From positions 24,125-88,124 of IMG/VR virus record IMGVR_UViG_3300042569_001383: a DNA stretch of 64,000 nucleotides; one strand, written 5' to 3'. The DNA is from a virus (lineage: Duplodnaviria; Heunggongvirae; Uroviricota; Caudoviricetes). The position numbers were made by a program, and so were the translations under genes. The stretch's first letter is position 1, and the number at the start of each line of letters is the position of its first letter. Shown here piece by piece: positions 19,503 to 29,863 of the stretch. The notes under the pieces are model-generated. The model saw nothing but the letters and a program-made list of their open reading frames with translations, was not told the DNA's origin and made no database searches.

Positions 19503-20177
19503 TTACAAAGTGTTTAACATGGCAATCATTCGGGGACATGGATATATGTCAATTTTATCTCGACGATAACTGTTATGTGAATACAATCCATTTTCGCCTC
19601 GAAGTGCTTTGGTATTCACAGCAAACATTTGCTCGTAATTGTAAGTTAAATCAATTTTATACATATTTTTCCAATATGTTAATAATTGACGGGTTGATTC
19701 AATTTGTGCATCCGAATATTTGTGGAAGTAACGATATCCTTTGTAAGCTAAAGGTAATTCAGTTACTTGATCAGCCGGAACTTCGCGGTCAACGTAGTTA
19801 TAAAATTTACCGTTGCGACTTTCTAATTGTCCCCAATTGCAAATTTCAATACCAATTGAATGTTTATCTAATTCTACATATGGTACTTTGTATGCACGAA
19901 ATACTTCTTGTTTAACACCTAAATGATATGCCCAATGGCGTGAACTAAATGCTTGGCAAATTTCGCCATCTGGACTTGTTCGATTGCCTGGACCTGATAT
20001 AGTTACACAAGTTGCAATGCGGCCGCGGTCATCTGTGTTCCAATTGCTAATTGTAGCAACGCCTGATGAATTACCGGCGGTATGATGCAATACAATTTGT
20101 TTCTTTGCAACTTCTTGTTTGAAGTATTGTGATTCTGCTAATGGAACTTGTTTAATTTTTGTTAAATCTAAACTCAT
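19503..20177 (-). CDS. N-acetylmuramoyl-L-alanine amidase (Amidase_2/PGRP-like)
   Basis: IVLHHTAG and HWAYHLG motifs reminiscent of the T7 lysozyme and AmpD family. Confidence 0.55.
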   Translation of the reverse strand: MSLDLTKIKQVPLAESQYFKQEVAKKQIVLHHTAGNSSGVATISNWNTDDRGRIATCVTISGPGNRTSPDGEICQAFSSRHWAYHLGVKQEVFRAYKVPYVELDKHSIGIEICNWGQLESRNGKFYNYVDREVPADQVTELPLAYKGYRYFHKYSDAQIESTRQLLTYWKNMYKIDLTYNYEQMFAVNTKALRGENGLYSHNSYRRDKIDIYPCPRMIAMLNTL

Positions 20178-20620
20178 AACTCCGTTTCTTTTTTTGTTTG
20201 ACGCTCCCCTTTGTGGAAGTCAATTTTATCTAATATTTGATTTAATAGTGGCGATGGAATCCATCCTATCATTGATGCATTCTTCAATGCACTGATTATC
20301 TGAAATACAATAAATGGTATAAGTATAGTTTCACTCAACCAACTAGTTCCAGCAAATCCTTTTTCTACTGTTAACAATACCGTAGTGAATATCACCCAAA
20401 CAACTGCAGTTCTTAAAACTTTTAATGCTTTAAAGGTTAAAAATCCTTCACGTTTGATTCCAGCCATTACGCCGAAAAATCCATCGAGTAATACAACTGC
20501 TAGTACGGATAAATATTGTTCAAAATTATCCATCGTTAAATTGTAAAAATATGAACAAACGAATGAGATTGCTGTCGTAAACGAAAATGCTATTAATGGA
20601 ATTGTCTTCATTCTTTGCAT
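20174..20620 (-). CDS. multi-TM membrane protein, putative holin, co-transcribed with the amidase
   Basis: 148 aa with about four hydrophobic helices and a charged C-terminal tail (KGERQTKKETEL). 4 bp overlap with the amidase gene. Confidence 0.45.
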   Translation of the reverse strand: MQRMKTIPLIAFSFTTAISFVCSYFYNLTMDNFEQYLSVLAVVLLDGFFGVMAGIKREGFLTFKALKVLRTAVVWVIFTTVLLTVEKGFAGTSWLSETILIPFIVFQIISALKNASMIGWIPSPLLNQILDKIDFHKGERQTKKETEL

Positions 20621-20672
20621 GGTTCTGTGGTTTTATGTTAGTAAACTATTATTATCTATGTATAAATATGGT

Positions 20673-21836
20673 TTACTTACATTTAATTAGATTTTTTTCA
20701 TATGTTTCCGCAGACCATATAGTAATTAACAAATTACCTAACGCAAATGTTTCTCCAGGCTGATTGAACTCTGAAAGTAAACTATCTGCAGCTAGAATTT
20801 CCGGTAATTGTTGTATGTATTGAAAATCCGTATTTGTAATACGTTTCACATCAAATGCAACTATGATATCATTTTCATCATTCGGAACGTTTTGATTGAT
20901 GTGTAATACTCGAGTTCTTAAATCGTATCGAGTATTAGGTTGTTCTCGTTCAATATATGCATTGACAATCACTTCCATTTCATCTTCTATGTATATTCTA
21001 TCGCACCATGGTTCTAATGCTTCTAATACCGGAAGTGTGCAATTGTGTACTACGAATGCAATGTTGTATTTAGGCGCGTTGCTTTTACTGCCCCACTTTC
21101 TGATATAGTTTCGATTGGATGCTAATTCGATTGCTTGAGTTCTTCGTTCATATTCTTCTGAAAAACGAGATGTTTTGGATACGAAGTGATAACACATTGC
21201 ATCTAATGCTGTAAAACATTCCATTCCTAACATTTTCCATCTACGTATTAAATCATCATCTTCACAAAACATTGGATTGTATAGCGGGTCTAATCCTCCA
21301 ATTTCTAACAATTCTTTTCTAGGCATACACATAAAAAACGTAATACCTGGCTCCGTTTTGTCTTCATAACGTGCATGTTCGATTTCACAATACTCGCGGA
21401 ACAAGTCTTTAGAGAACGTTTCCAATGACTGTCCAAAATCGAATATCAATTTACCAGGACGAGTATGATCACCGAATATAGGCGGTTCTATTGTGGTATA
21501 CGACACTATTCGATTGGGTGCTACATGTTTTTCTAAATTTTCTAAAAACTTTGGACCTAATACTATATCATTATGCAAATATGCTACGTAATCACTAGTA
21601 GCAATAGTTGCTGCCATATTAAATGTATCAGAAAATGTTTTATTTTCTTCGGAATAGAAATATCGTACGTATTTATCACGTAATGAATCTAACCATTCAT
21701 GCGTTCCGTCAGTTGATCCATAACTTACAAAACATAGTTCCACATCCGGATATAGTTCTCGAGTTGTTTCGTAAAAATGTTTGTTGTAGTCTAAATTATT
21801 TTTTAATCCTACTAGTAGTGATATGTTATTTTTCAT
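20673..21836 (-). CDS. glycosyltransferase, GT2-like (GT-A fold)
   Basis: N-terminal LCFVSYGSTDGTHEWL pattern typical of GT2 nucleotide-sugar binding regions. Confidence 0.5.
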   Translation of the reverse strand: MKNNISLLVGLKNNLDYNKHFYETTRELYPDVELCFVSYGSTDGTHEWLDSLRDKYVRYFYSEENKTFSDTFNMAATIATSDYVAYLHNDIVLGPKFLENLEKHVAPNRIVSYTTIEPPIFGDHTRPGKLIFDFGQSLETFSKDLFREYCEIEHARYEDKTEPGITFFMCMPRKELLEIGGLDPLYNPMFCEDDDLIRRWKMLGMECFTALDAMCYHFVSKTSRFSEEYERRTQAIELASNRNYIRKWGSKSNAPKYNIAFVVHNCTLPVLEALEPWCDRIYIEDEMEVIVNAYIEREQPNTRYDLRTRVLHINQNVPNDENDIIVAFDVKRITNTDFQYIQQLPEILAADSLLSEFNQPGETFALGNLLITIWSAETYEKNLIKCK

Positions 21837-22714
21837 TTTAAGTATTTACTTTGTAATTTTTGAACTTCGTCGATTAATTTACTATCCGATTCTTGTCGAA
21901 ATTGATTTCTATCATTGGTATTAACTAATAAATTACCATATGCATTTAATCGATACTTATGATTTTCGGAAACAACTAAATTTTCAACTACCCATTGTTG
22001 TACATCCAAGTTGGCGTGTTTTAAGATTTGAGCCCCATACATTAAAAATGTATCATCTGGTCCATATGATCCAAATGAATCTGGCAAATCTATTAATTGA
22101 AGTAAATTTGCAGATATTAAATTGAACCAGCCACCGCCTAATTTAAAAGTTGGTATTGGTTTTAACAAAGGATTTCCATACATCGTAGTTATAACGGTAT
22201 ATGGATCTATAAATGTTTTGTTATCCCATGGAAAATTTGAATATGATGAATTCATTAAAACATTCCAAGAATCATCCCACAATTTTGGAATCTGTGGAGA
22301 GATTATAAAATAATCATTATTAACGTGTTTAGCTGAATCTAATAATAATTTTAATGTTAATGGCGAAAAGATTAAATCGGCATCTAAATAAATAAATGCG
22401 TCTACATCTTTATATGTTCGTATACTATGTCTACGTTTATCTGCACACCCCATGCACGTTTCATCGATATTAATATCTGATATAACGGTGCACCAATCAA
22501 AACAGGTATTGATACAATGATTAAACTTTTCTATGAAAAATTCTTTTGGTATTTTTGAATTTTCCCAATCTACAAAGTTTAAATTTAAAGTTATATCTAA
22601 TGTTACGTGATCATCGGAATCTAGATAATGACTACTTATTTTAAGTTGTTTCGATTGCCATTCAAACCAATCAATTTCATATGGCATTAAATGAACTATA
22701 ATTTGTGTTTTCAT
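21833..22714 (-). CDS. putative glycosyltransferase (DxD-like YLDADLIF) or hypothetical
   Basis: Embedded in the GT island. Possible DxD motif. Confidence 0.3.
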   Translation of the reverse strand: MKTQIIVHLMPYEIDWFEWQSKQLKISSHYLDSDDHVTLDITLNLNFVDWENSKIPKEFFIEKFNHCINTCFDWCTVISDINIDETCMGCADKRRHSIRTYKDVDAFIYLDADLIFSPLTLKLLLDSAKHVNNDYFIISPQIPKLWDDSWNVLMNSSYSNFPWDNKTFIDPYTVITTMYGNPLLKPIPTFKLGGGWFNLISANLLQLIDLPDSFGSYGPDDTFLMYGAQILKHANLDVQQWVVENLVVSENHKYRLNAYGNLLVNTNDRNQFRQESDSKLIDEVQKLQSKYLK

Positions 22715-23571
22715 ATGTATGTTTTATATAATTGTATGTGTTGGCTAGCAACGTATTTGCTATTGCATTTTTGTTTAATATATTCCGGAGCAATTGTTTC
22801 AATTGATTGAATGTCCCCATTAACATCGATAATGTACATGTATCCTGGTACATCGCAACACCACCCTTCTAATGTAGTTCTGCCTAATAATATGCCAGCA
22901 GTAAAATGCATCATTTGAACTAGGTTTTCGGTATCCCATCGTTTATCTACATACTTGATGTTCGGATGATTGAAATTATGACGACTTTCACTCATTATAT
23001 ATAAGTCCCAATCATTTTCTATGCATTGTTGAACTATATGTCGAACTGCATTAAATCTAATTGGATCTAATACTTCGCCAACAAATATGCCAGAGTATCG
23101 TTCTAGTTTTTCAGCTTCGATGCTATTAAATCTAGTTTGATCAATTGGATTATAAATTAATGAAACTTTGTTTTTCGGAATTTTATAATCATTAATCAAC
23201 ATGTCCGCAATGGGTTTTCTTATTGCAATGTAGTGTGCAATCCTAGGATCTAATACCGGATCTTCTGACCTAATTTCCGAATGAATAATGCTAATAATTG
23301 GAGTATCTTTAAAATGTTCTAACATAAACAAGTTAACTTGTGGTTGACTTGCTACTATTATATCGTATTTTTCCGTGATATCCAAGTTTGTCGTATCTAA
23401 TTGTCGTACGTGTTGTAATTTCAGTCTAACTTGATTCATCCAATCAATTTGCCGCAACGTAAACAATGTCACATCATGTCCTGCTAAATCTAATTCTCTG
23501 GCTAATTCATAGTGATATAATTCACTACCGCCTAAGCCATTGGCATTAATACAAGCTAAAAGTATTTTCAT
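22711..23571 (-). CDS. GT-B-like glycosyltransferase N-domain protein
   Basis: MKILLACINANGLGGSELYHYELARELDLAGHDVTLFT resembles the Glyco_trans_4-like N-domain. The protein is short at 286 aa. Confidence 0.4.
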   Translation of the reverse strand: MKILLACINANGLGGSELYHYELARELDLAGHDVTLFTLRQIDWMNQVRLKLQHVRQLDTTNLDITEKYDIIVASQPQVNLFMLEHFKDTPIISIIHSEIRSEDPVLDPRIAHYIAIRKPIADMLINDYKIPKNKVSLIYNPIDQTRFNSIEAEKLERYSGIFVGEVLDPIRFNAVRHIVQQCIENDWDLYIMSESRHNFNHPNIKYVDKRWDTENLVQMMHFTAGILLGRTTLEGWCCDVPGYMYIIDVNGDIQSIETIAPEYIKQKCNSKYVASQHIQLYKTYI

Positions 23572-24164
23572 GGTTTAAATCTATTATAGTTATTTAATAT
23601 TGATTGATTATAATCTCGATGTCCATTTTGCAAATCAGAATATGATGGTAATTGATATGCAATCATCGGATCGCACATATATACGTTATGATTAGACATT
23701 AAGTTGTAATAATGCACATCTATTTCGCACGTTTTTGGTAAATTTAGTATGGTATCATAAAATCGTTCATGAACGAAATATGCATGTGCAGCGTACGCGC
23801 CATTTAATTTTAATAAAGTATCTGAAATGCGAGTGGCGCGTGTTTGTAAATTCGCTCCTAAAAAAAACATATCCCATTCGAATGTTTGTACTTCCGTAAA
23901 TGCATTGTTTAATATGTCAACAACATTATCGGTAAATATGGCATCATCTTCTAATATTAAAACGTATGGAAGTTCATTTTCTTTCGCTAATCGTATACAT
24001 TTAAGATGTGATTCGAAACATCCCATTGCTGGATTAAAATGTTGAATAGCATCGACGATTTGGGCTTGCGATAATTCTAATTTAGTTATTTCATTGATAA
24101 TGTGATAATATCGATCTTTACGATGTTTTAAATTTATAACATATGTTGGTATTTTTATTTTCAT
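23568..24164 (-). CDS. glycosyltransferase family 25-like (LPS/LOS beta-glycosyltransferase type)
   Basis: N-terminal YVINLKHRKDRYYHI pattern as in GT25 (INL..R..R). Confidence 0.5.
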   Translation of the reverse strand: MKIKIPTYVINLKHRKDRYYHIINEITKLELSQAQIVDAIQHFNPAMGCFESHLKCIRLAKENELPYVLILEDDAIFTDNVVDILNNAFTEVQTFEWDMFFLGANLQTRATRISDTLLKLNGAYAAHAYFVHERFYDTILNLPKTCEIDVHYYNLMSNHNVYMCDPMIAYQLPSYSDLQNGHRDYNQSILNNYNRFKP

Positions 24165-24934
24165 TTTTTAACGATAAGTAACCAATTTGGGTTGGCATGA
24201 GTTTTAGGATACTCAGGTAACACTTCGACTGAACTAAAATATTTAGTCATTTCATTAATTAAAAATTCTTTTCGATCATCCCATATATTCATTAAAAAAT
24301 ATCCGTATTGGCAATGTTTAATTATAGTTTCAATATAAAAACTAATACCAGCCCTATCAAATTCGCTTAAGCACCAATTTGAGATAACTAAATCATATGA
24401 TTTTAGTGGAATTTCCGTTGTTTTAAAAAAGTTAATATTAGAATAGTTAAATAAATCTAAATACGTATTGCATAATGATAAAGTTTCTTTAACATCAACA
24501 CAACTATATGTATTAATACCATAATCTAAAACAATTTTTGCTTGTCCTCCGTAACCCGAACCAATTTCTACAATATCAAATTTTGAAATATCTCCGAAAT
24601 TATGTTTTAAACTTTGTACTATATTCATGAAGTATAAAGTACCGGGCGATATATCTCCTATTTTCGGATACGAATATATATTAGGAGACCCATATATATC
24701 ATTTGTTTTAAATTTATCAATGTGCCGCAATATATCAGTATCGTCTTTAACATTATCATATAAAACATCTGATACATGTTTTCCTAATACGTCATTACCA
24801 ATAACGCATCGAAAAATATGATTTTGTTTAAATGTATCAAACGCCGTTTGATTATTAACAATGTGTTCACATTCTTGCAAGAATGTATTTCCTATTTCAT
24901 TTTGAAATATCCAGTTTCCGTCAAATTGTACCAT
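24161..24934 (-). CDS. class I SAM-dependent methyltransferase
   Basis: IVEIGSGYGGQA Rossmann GxGxG motif followed by an acidic residue at the expected spacing. Confidence 0.5.
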   Translation of the reverse strand: MVQFDGNWIFQNEIGNTFLQECEHIVNNQTAFDTFKQNHIFRCVIGNDVLGKHVSDVLYDNVKDDTDILRHIDKFKTNDIYGSPNIYSYPKIGDISPGTLYFMNIVQSLKHNFGDISKFDIVEIGSGYGGQAKIVLDYGINTYSCVDVKETLSLCNTYLDLFNYSNINFFKTTEIPLKSYDLVISNWCLSEFDRAGISFYIETIIKHCQYGYFLMNIWDDRKEFLINEMTKYFSSVEVLPEYPKTHANPNWLLIVKK

Positions 24935-24935
24935 G

Positions 24936-25580
24936 TTATATTAAATTTTCTTTTTTGAATACTTGTTCCCATCCGTTTTCTTTCTTAAATCCTGACCGCA
25001 TGAAATTGAAATATATACGTTCAGATACTGCATTTAATAAAATAGTTGGATTCAAATTTGAAGTAAATGTATTGCCAACTAATTCAAAATCCCATGGGCT
25101 GTATTCTGGTTTCATTACTGTTTTAAGAAATTCCGTTTTCCATATTGCTGGTTGTACGGAATTCTGGTATAAACTATCGTTGTCTAATTTATACAATGAA
25201 TCTTTGATATGTGTTAGTTTATATTCAACCCAATCCGTAACAATTTCGAACATGATTTTATCAGCTGAATATTGATTCATGATATCGATATGAGTTTTAA
25301 TAAAATCGGCACCGATATTAGTAGTCATATAATAATCATCTAAAATAAAACAAACGTATTCCGTTTTAATTTGATTTAAACCAGCTAATATGCGTTGTCC
25401 CCAAGTTAATCCTAAACCTGGCAGTATGTTATTATACTCCCCAGGCATTGGTATCGTTTCTCCAACTACTATAACTTCACAATCTATATTCCAATATCGT
25501 TTAAATAAAATATCAAAATTTTTCCAAATTGGATTATATGCATCACACGTTCCAATTAATATAGTTAACGTATCTTTCAT
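24936..25580 (-). CDS. hypothetical protein in the glycan island (possible GT-A)
   Basis: 214 aa. FILDDYYM has possible DxD character. Confidence 0.3.
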   Translation of the reverse strand: MKDTLTILIGTCDAYNPIWKNFDILFKRYWNIDCEVIVVGETIPMPGEYNNILPGLGLTWGQRILAGLNQIKTEYVCFILDDYYMTTNIGADFIKTHIDIMNQYSADKIMFEIVTDWVEYKLTHIKDSLYKLDNDSLYQNSVQPAIWKTEFLKTVMKPEYSPWDFELVGNTFTSNLNPTILLNAVSERIYFNFMRSGFKKENGWEQVFKKENLI

Positions 25581-26437
25581 ATTAAATTTTTAATTTCATT
25601 TATAGTAAAATGTTCTACTTCGTTTGAATATGGGCCTTCTTCTAATACCTTTTCGTGCATATTTTCTCCAGGCTGCAATCCAATAACTTTAATAGAAATA
25701 GATTGACCGTTTCCGTATTTAAGAATCATTGCTTGTAACAAATCATCTATACGCATAGATTTCATGATAGGACAATATGGTTTTGAGTCGGTTGAATGTT
25801 TCATACAATCAATTATTAATTGAATCGCCTCATCTACTGACCAGAAGAATCTAGTCGCACTTGGTTCAGTAACGATAACTTCTTTTCCTTGTTCGATTAA
25901 ATCTTTCCATTTGCAAAGAACCGAGCCTGTTGAATATAAAACATTTCCATATCTTACGGTACGATACATTACATTAGGATTCAATTCTTCATATTGTTTA
26001 ATTGCACGCTCCATTAAGAATTTAGTAGCACCGTATACTCCGGCAACTTGTGCTGCTTTATCCGTTGAAACCGATAATATGAATTTCAACGTTGGATGAT
26101 TTATAGATTGTTCTAGAATATTTATTGACCCAATGACATTGGTTTTGATATTCTCTCTAACGAATTTTTCTGCTAAGCCTACATGTTTTGATGCAGCTAA
26201 ATGAAAAACACCAGTTACATTTTGCATTGCTTGTCGTACTTCGAACTCATCTGATATATCTCCGGTGTATATGTCGACTTTCGGATACGTTTCTTTAAGT
26301 GTGATTAATTTGCCTTCATCTCTGCTAATAACTCGTACATTTCCGCCTTGTTTTAATATATAACCAACTAACGGATATCCTAAGAATCCAGAACCACCTG
26401 TAATTAGATACAATTTATCTTTTTCAATTGTTATCAT
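25577..26437 (-). CDS. NAD-dependent sugar epimerase/dehydratase (SDR family, CapD/PseB-like)
   Basis: LITGGSGFLG Rossmann motif at the N-terminus. YxxxK region present. 286 aa. Confidence 0.75.
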   Translation of the reverse strand: MITIEKDKLYLITGGSGFLGYPLVGYILKQGGNVRVISRDEGKLITLKETYPKVDIYTGDISDEFEVRQAMQNVTGVFHLAASKHVGLAEKFVRENIKTNVIGSINILEQSINHPTLKFILSVSTDKAAQVAGVYGATKFLMERAIKQYEELNPNVMYRTVRYGNVLYSTGSVLCKWKDLIEQGKEVIVTEPSATRFFWSVDEAIQLIIDCMKHSTDSKPYCPIMKSMRIDDLLQAMILKYGNGQSISIKVIGLQPGENMHEKVLEEGPYSNEVEHFTINEIKNLI

Positions 26438-26440
26438 GTT

Positions 26441-27070
26441 TTATCCTATTTTTTCGTAATATTCGTTCTGTTTTTCTTGTTTTTCAATATCTTTAACGTG
26501 AATCAATGCAAACTCTTCAATATCTGCTGGAAGAACTGCTTCTAATCGAAATCCGGTTAATGTTTCGTGTACACGTCCGGTCCATGTAATTTCTGGAATG
26601 TTTTTGCAAATTCTAGATTGGAAATCTGGATAATTGATGCGTTTACGCGAATCAACTCGCCAACCCCATTTTTCAATGTGAGCATCAGTGATTCCATTAA
26701 CTCGATTAACGCGTGGCACTCGAATCATGTCAGCTGGCGTATTTATAGATAAAATGTCGGGTAAAATTCGCATAAAATAATCAGTAACCATTTCATCAGC
26801 ATCGAGGAATACAATGTAATCTCCATTACATAATGATTTTAAACGATTTTTCCACGCTGCAAAATCACCATCGAAATTATCTTTATGCCAAGCAAATTCT
26901 CCATTAACTGAATGTGAACGCAAATAGTTTTCAATTTCTAAATCACCATTTTTTGCATCGTATAAAACCACAATGTTATCTTGCAGTCTTTTTGTTTTTA
27001 ACAAGTGTGTAATTAATCTTTGAATTTCAACGAACTCATTACATACCGTAATTGCGTAACTTATTTTCAT
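26441..27070 (-). CDS. glycosyltransferase, GT2-like
   Basis: ISYAITVCNE start and FLDADEMV DxD motif. Confidence 0.55.
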   Translation of the reverse strand: MKISYAITVCNEFVEIQRLITHLLKTKRLQDNIVVLYDAKNGDLEIENYLRSHSVNGEFAWHKDNFDGDFAAWKNRLKSLCNGDYIVFLDADEMVTDYFMRILPDILSINTPADMIRVPRVNRVNGITDAHIEKWGWRVDSRKRINYPDFQSRICKNIPEITWTGRVHETLTGFRLEAVLPADIEEFALIHVKDIEKQEKQNEYYEKIG

Positions 27071-27100
27071 ATTGTTTTATTTATAATAAATATTTAATGA

Positions 27101-28345
27101 TTAATTTCCAACCTTTTGTAATTTAGGCAATTTCAATTCAAAAGCTTTTGGTATTGTAGAAACACCAGCATCTATAATTTCCAATGCTTGATCATATATT
27201 AAACTAACAGCTTCTTCTGTAAATGCACTAATTGCAAAATAACGTTGACGTTTTCCTAAGGTTAACCATGTTTTATAATTTTTAAGTACTTCTTGCATCA
27301 TTTTGCCAGCGTATCCGTAATCTGGAGTAAACCATTTTGCATCGGCAATTAAAAATTCATTTTGTGCCGACGGATGTATTGTAGTTAATTGACCAGGTAT
27401 AGCACATATGAAATCTTTCTTTAAGAAATCAGCTTGTCCTGAATAATGCGGAGCAATAATAGGCTTACCGGTACTGGAAAATTCTAATAATGGTCGGCCA
27501 AATCCTTCTGCTTTTGTAAATGATATCATAGCCTTAACTTTTGTGTGATTGTATAACGCATTCATTTCTGCTGTGGTTAAATCACCATGTAACAAGTATA
27601 TGTTAGGCAATTTATCCGTTGCTGGGAACATGTTTTTAATTTGTGTTATTTTGTCTTTGATTTCGAATCGATCCGTTATCGAATAAGTTGCTCCACTCGT
27701 TTTAAGTAACAATGCAGGTGCTGATTTTTTATTTTTAAATGTATTGAAAAAACAATGAATTAATCCACTAATATTTTTTCTATCTTCGCCGGCTTGTCCT
27801 TGCAACCAATGTCCTACACTTAATAATACATCGGATTCTGGGATATTATCTAAACCAGCAACTGATGTTGTTATGTTTTTATTATCATATGCAACCGTAT
27901 CGAAATATTCCGGAATTACAATTAATTGTGTGGTAATAGTTAATGCGTTTCTTTTAGCTGTTTCCACAAATACTGATTTAGTAAATTCACTCGGAACAAT
28001 TACTACTTGCATTTGATTGATTTTTGCAATCCAATCGGCAGGACAAATATCTCCTTCGGTACCGGCAGTTACACCGATATTGTATTTTCCGATTGATTGA
28101 AATTCGTTTGGTACTGTAATTTGTATCCAAATATCAGGCTGTGCTGTTAATGGCAATGGTATGATTCTTTGTTGCCAATCCATTGGAATTGGATATGTAA
28201 ATGGAGTATGTCCCCATGGCATTGAAAGTAATTTAATGTCCCATTCGGTGCCACGTTTATCAATAAATTGTTTGATAATTTCGCGTGCGTGGTGTCCGTA
28301 ACCGCTTTGTGTAGCTAATGGTGATGATATAACTGCTGTTCTCAT
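27101..28345 (-). CDS. GT-B glycosyltransferase (GT4-like)
   Basis: AEGFGRPLLEFSSTGKPIIA matches the GT1/GT4 E-x7-E donor-binding motif. Confidence 0.55.
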   Translation of the reverse strand: MRTAVISSPLATQSGYGHHAREIIKQFIDKRGTEWDIKLLSMPWGHTPFTYPIPMDWQQRIIPLPLTAQPDIWIQITVPNEFQSIGKYNIGVTAGTEGDICPADWIAKINQMQVVIVPSEFTKSVFVETAKRNALTITTQLIVIPEYFDTVAYDNKNITTSVAGLDNIPESDVLLSVGHWLQGQAGEDRKNISGLIHCFFNTFKNKKSAPALLLKTSGATYSITDRFEIKDKITQIKNMFPATDKLPNIYLLHGDLTTAEMNALYNHTKVKAMISFTKAEGFGRPLLEFSSTGKPIIAPHYSGQADFLKKDFICAIPGQLTTIHPSAQNEFLIADAKWFTPDYGYAGKMMQEVLKNYKTWLTLGKRQRYFAISAFTEEAVSLIYDQALEIIDAGVSTIPKAFELKLPKLQKVGN

Positions 28346-29832
28346 TGTACTATTCCTGTTTTCTCGTAGTTTGTTTCTGTAATTGGTGTTAACGTGTATC
28401 GCATTTTAAGTAGCGGTTTAGATGCAAACAAGTATTCAATCATTTCAATCATTTTTTTACCCATTTGTTCTGCAGTTAATCCGTTTTGCAATGCCCATTC
28501 GCGTCCTGCATTTCCCATTTGTTCGCGAAGCGTTTCTGGTGTATCGTACCAATATCGAATTGCATTGGCTACATCTTCATATGATACTCGGTCATCGAAT
28601 ATATATGGTGTTTGGGGTGATCCTTGAAGTGAACGATTGCTTGGAAATACTGGTTTCGCCCAAACTCCGTGCAATTTATATTTACCGGTGTGGTTCGAAG
28701 AAAAGTCAGCATCAAATTGTATCCATTCTTCATTTTCATCAACGAAACCACATTGATCTTGCAATCCGCCGGTAACATTGTTAACAATTGGAGTGCCAGC
28801 TAACATTGATTCCGTTGAGCTTAGTCCCCACCCTTCATTTGAACCAATATTCACTGTAACGTCAACTACATTGTACAATGCATTAAGTTCTGGCGCTGTC
28901 ATTTTTGCTTCTGAAAATAAAACCTTACAATCAGGTGCCAATGTTTTCCATACCGCACGTAAATCAGTTCCATTTCCATCTACAACTTGCGTGTGCATTA
29001 ACAAGGCAACTCTCGAACGTTGTTCTTTAGGTAATTGATCAACAAATGTTTTAAATGCTAAAATCAAATCTCCAGGTTGTTTTCTTCGAATATTTCTGTT
29101 ATTCCAAAATACTACAAAATCAACTCCATTTGCTCGTTTAACTTGATCATACATTTTGATATATGTAGGATCTGTTGCTTCTAATGGTTTGTATATGTTA
29201 TGATTTAAACCATGTGGGACAAAACCTGTAATAACTTCGTTCACATTAACATTCGATGGAACAGTTTCATCGTAATCGTAATTTACAACCCCAAATCCAT
29301 TCTGTTTAAGTACTTCTCTATGGATATTGTCCGATTGCTTGCTAATTCCCATAATCAAATCACAACTACCGTAAAAAGGCGCATTCCACATTGGATATGG
29401 TAAATCGTCCCAAATTGAATAGTATATTAATGGAATACCATACGTTGTTTTAATTTCATGTTCAATTGCATATAACCAAGTCCAATAACGTGGATCCGTA
29501 AAATGAAATATTGCATCTGGTTTTTCTTGTTGAAGAATTGAAAATAAAATATTTCTATCTCCATATCCATTCCATGCAATCAATTTAACTGATGCATCAT
29601 CTACTCCAGTTTCTTTGCGAATATCTTCTGACAAATCAAATCCTTTGCCAGCGTCGGGGTGTTGTAATGCCGCACCCAATTGAACCCAATCATACTTGTG
29701 AACTGTATTCAAAATGATTTCTTTGCTAATCGTTCCGATTCCAGACGGTAATCGAAAATCATCGGCTAACAATAAAATTTTCTTTTTCTTCGGCTTGTTA
29801 GGGTCGATTTTTTGTAACTTTGGTAACTCCAT
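28342..29832 (-). CDS. GT-B glycosyltransferase (GT4-like), first gene of the island in transcription order
   Basis: NEGWGLSSTESMLAGTPIV E-x7-E motif. Preceded by the conserved motif B promoter-like element at 29841-29861. Confidence 0.5.
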   Translation of the reverse strand: MELPKLQKIDPNKPKKKKILLLADDFRLPSGIGTISKEIILNTVHKYDWVQLGAALQHPDAGKGFDLSEDIRKETGVDDASVKLIAWNGYGDRNILFSILQQEKPDAIFHFTDPRYWTWLYAIEHEIKTTYGIPLIYYSIWDDLPYPMWNAPFYGSCDLIMGISKQSDNIHREVLKQNGFGVVNYDYDETVPSNVNVNEVITGFVPHGLNHNIYKPLEATDPTYIKMYDQVKRANGVDFVVFWNNRNIRRKQPGDLILAFKTFVDQLPKEQRSRVALLMHTQVVDGNGTDLRAVWKTLAPDCKVLFSEAKMTAPELNALYNVVDVTVNIGSNEGWGLSSTESMLAGTPIVNNVTGGLQDQCGFVDENEEWIQFDADFSSNHTGKYKLHGVWAKPVFPSNRSLQGSPQTPYIFDDRVSYEDVANAIRYWYDTPETLREQMGNAGREWALQNGLTAEQMGKKMIEMIEYLFASKPLLKMRYTLTPITETNYEKTGIVQ

Positions 29833-29840
29833 TTTATCCT

Positions 29841-29861
29841 TTATAACTTTTATATAAATAT
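29841..29861 (-). promoter_or_regulatory. motif B upstream of the glycosyltransferase island
   Basis: Identical 21-mer to the groEL upstream element. Confidence 0.45.
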
Positions 29862-29863
29862 GA

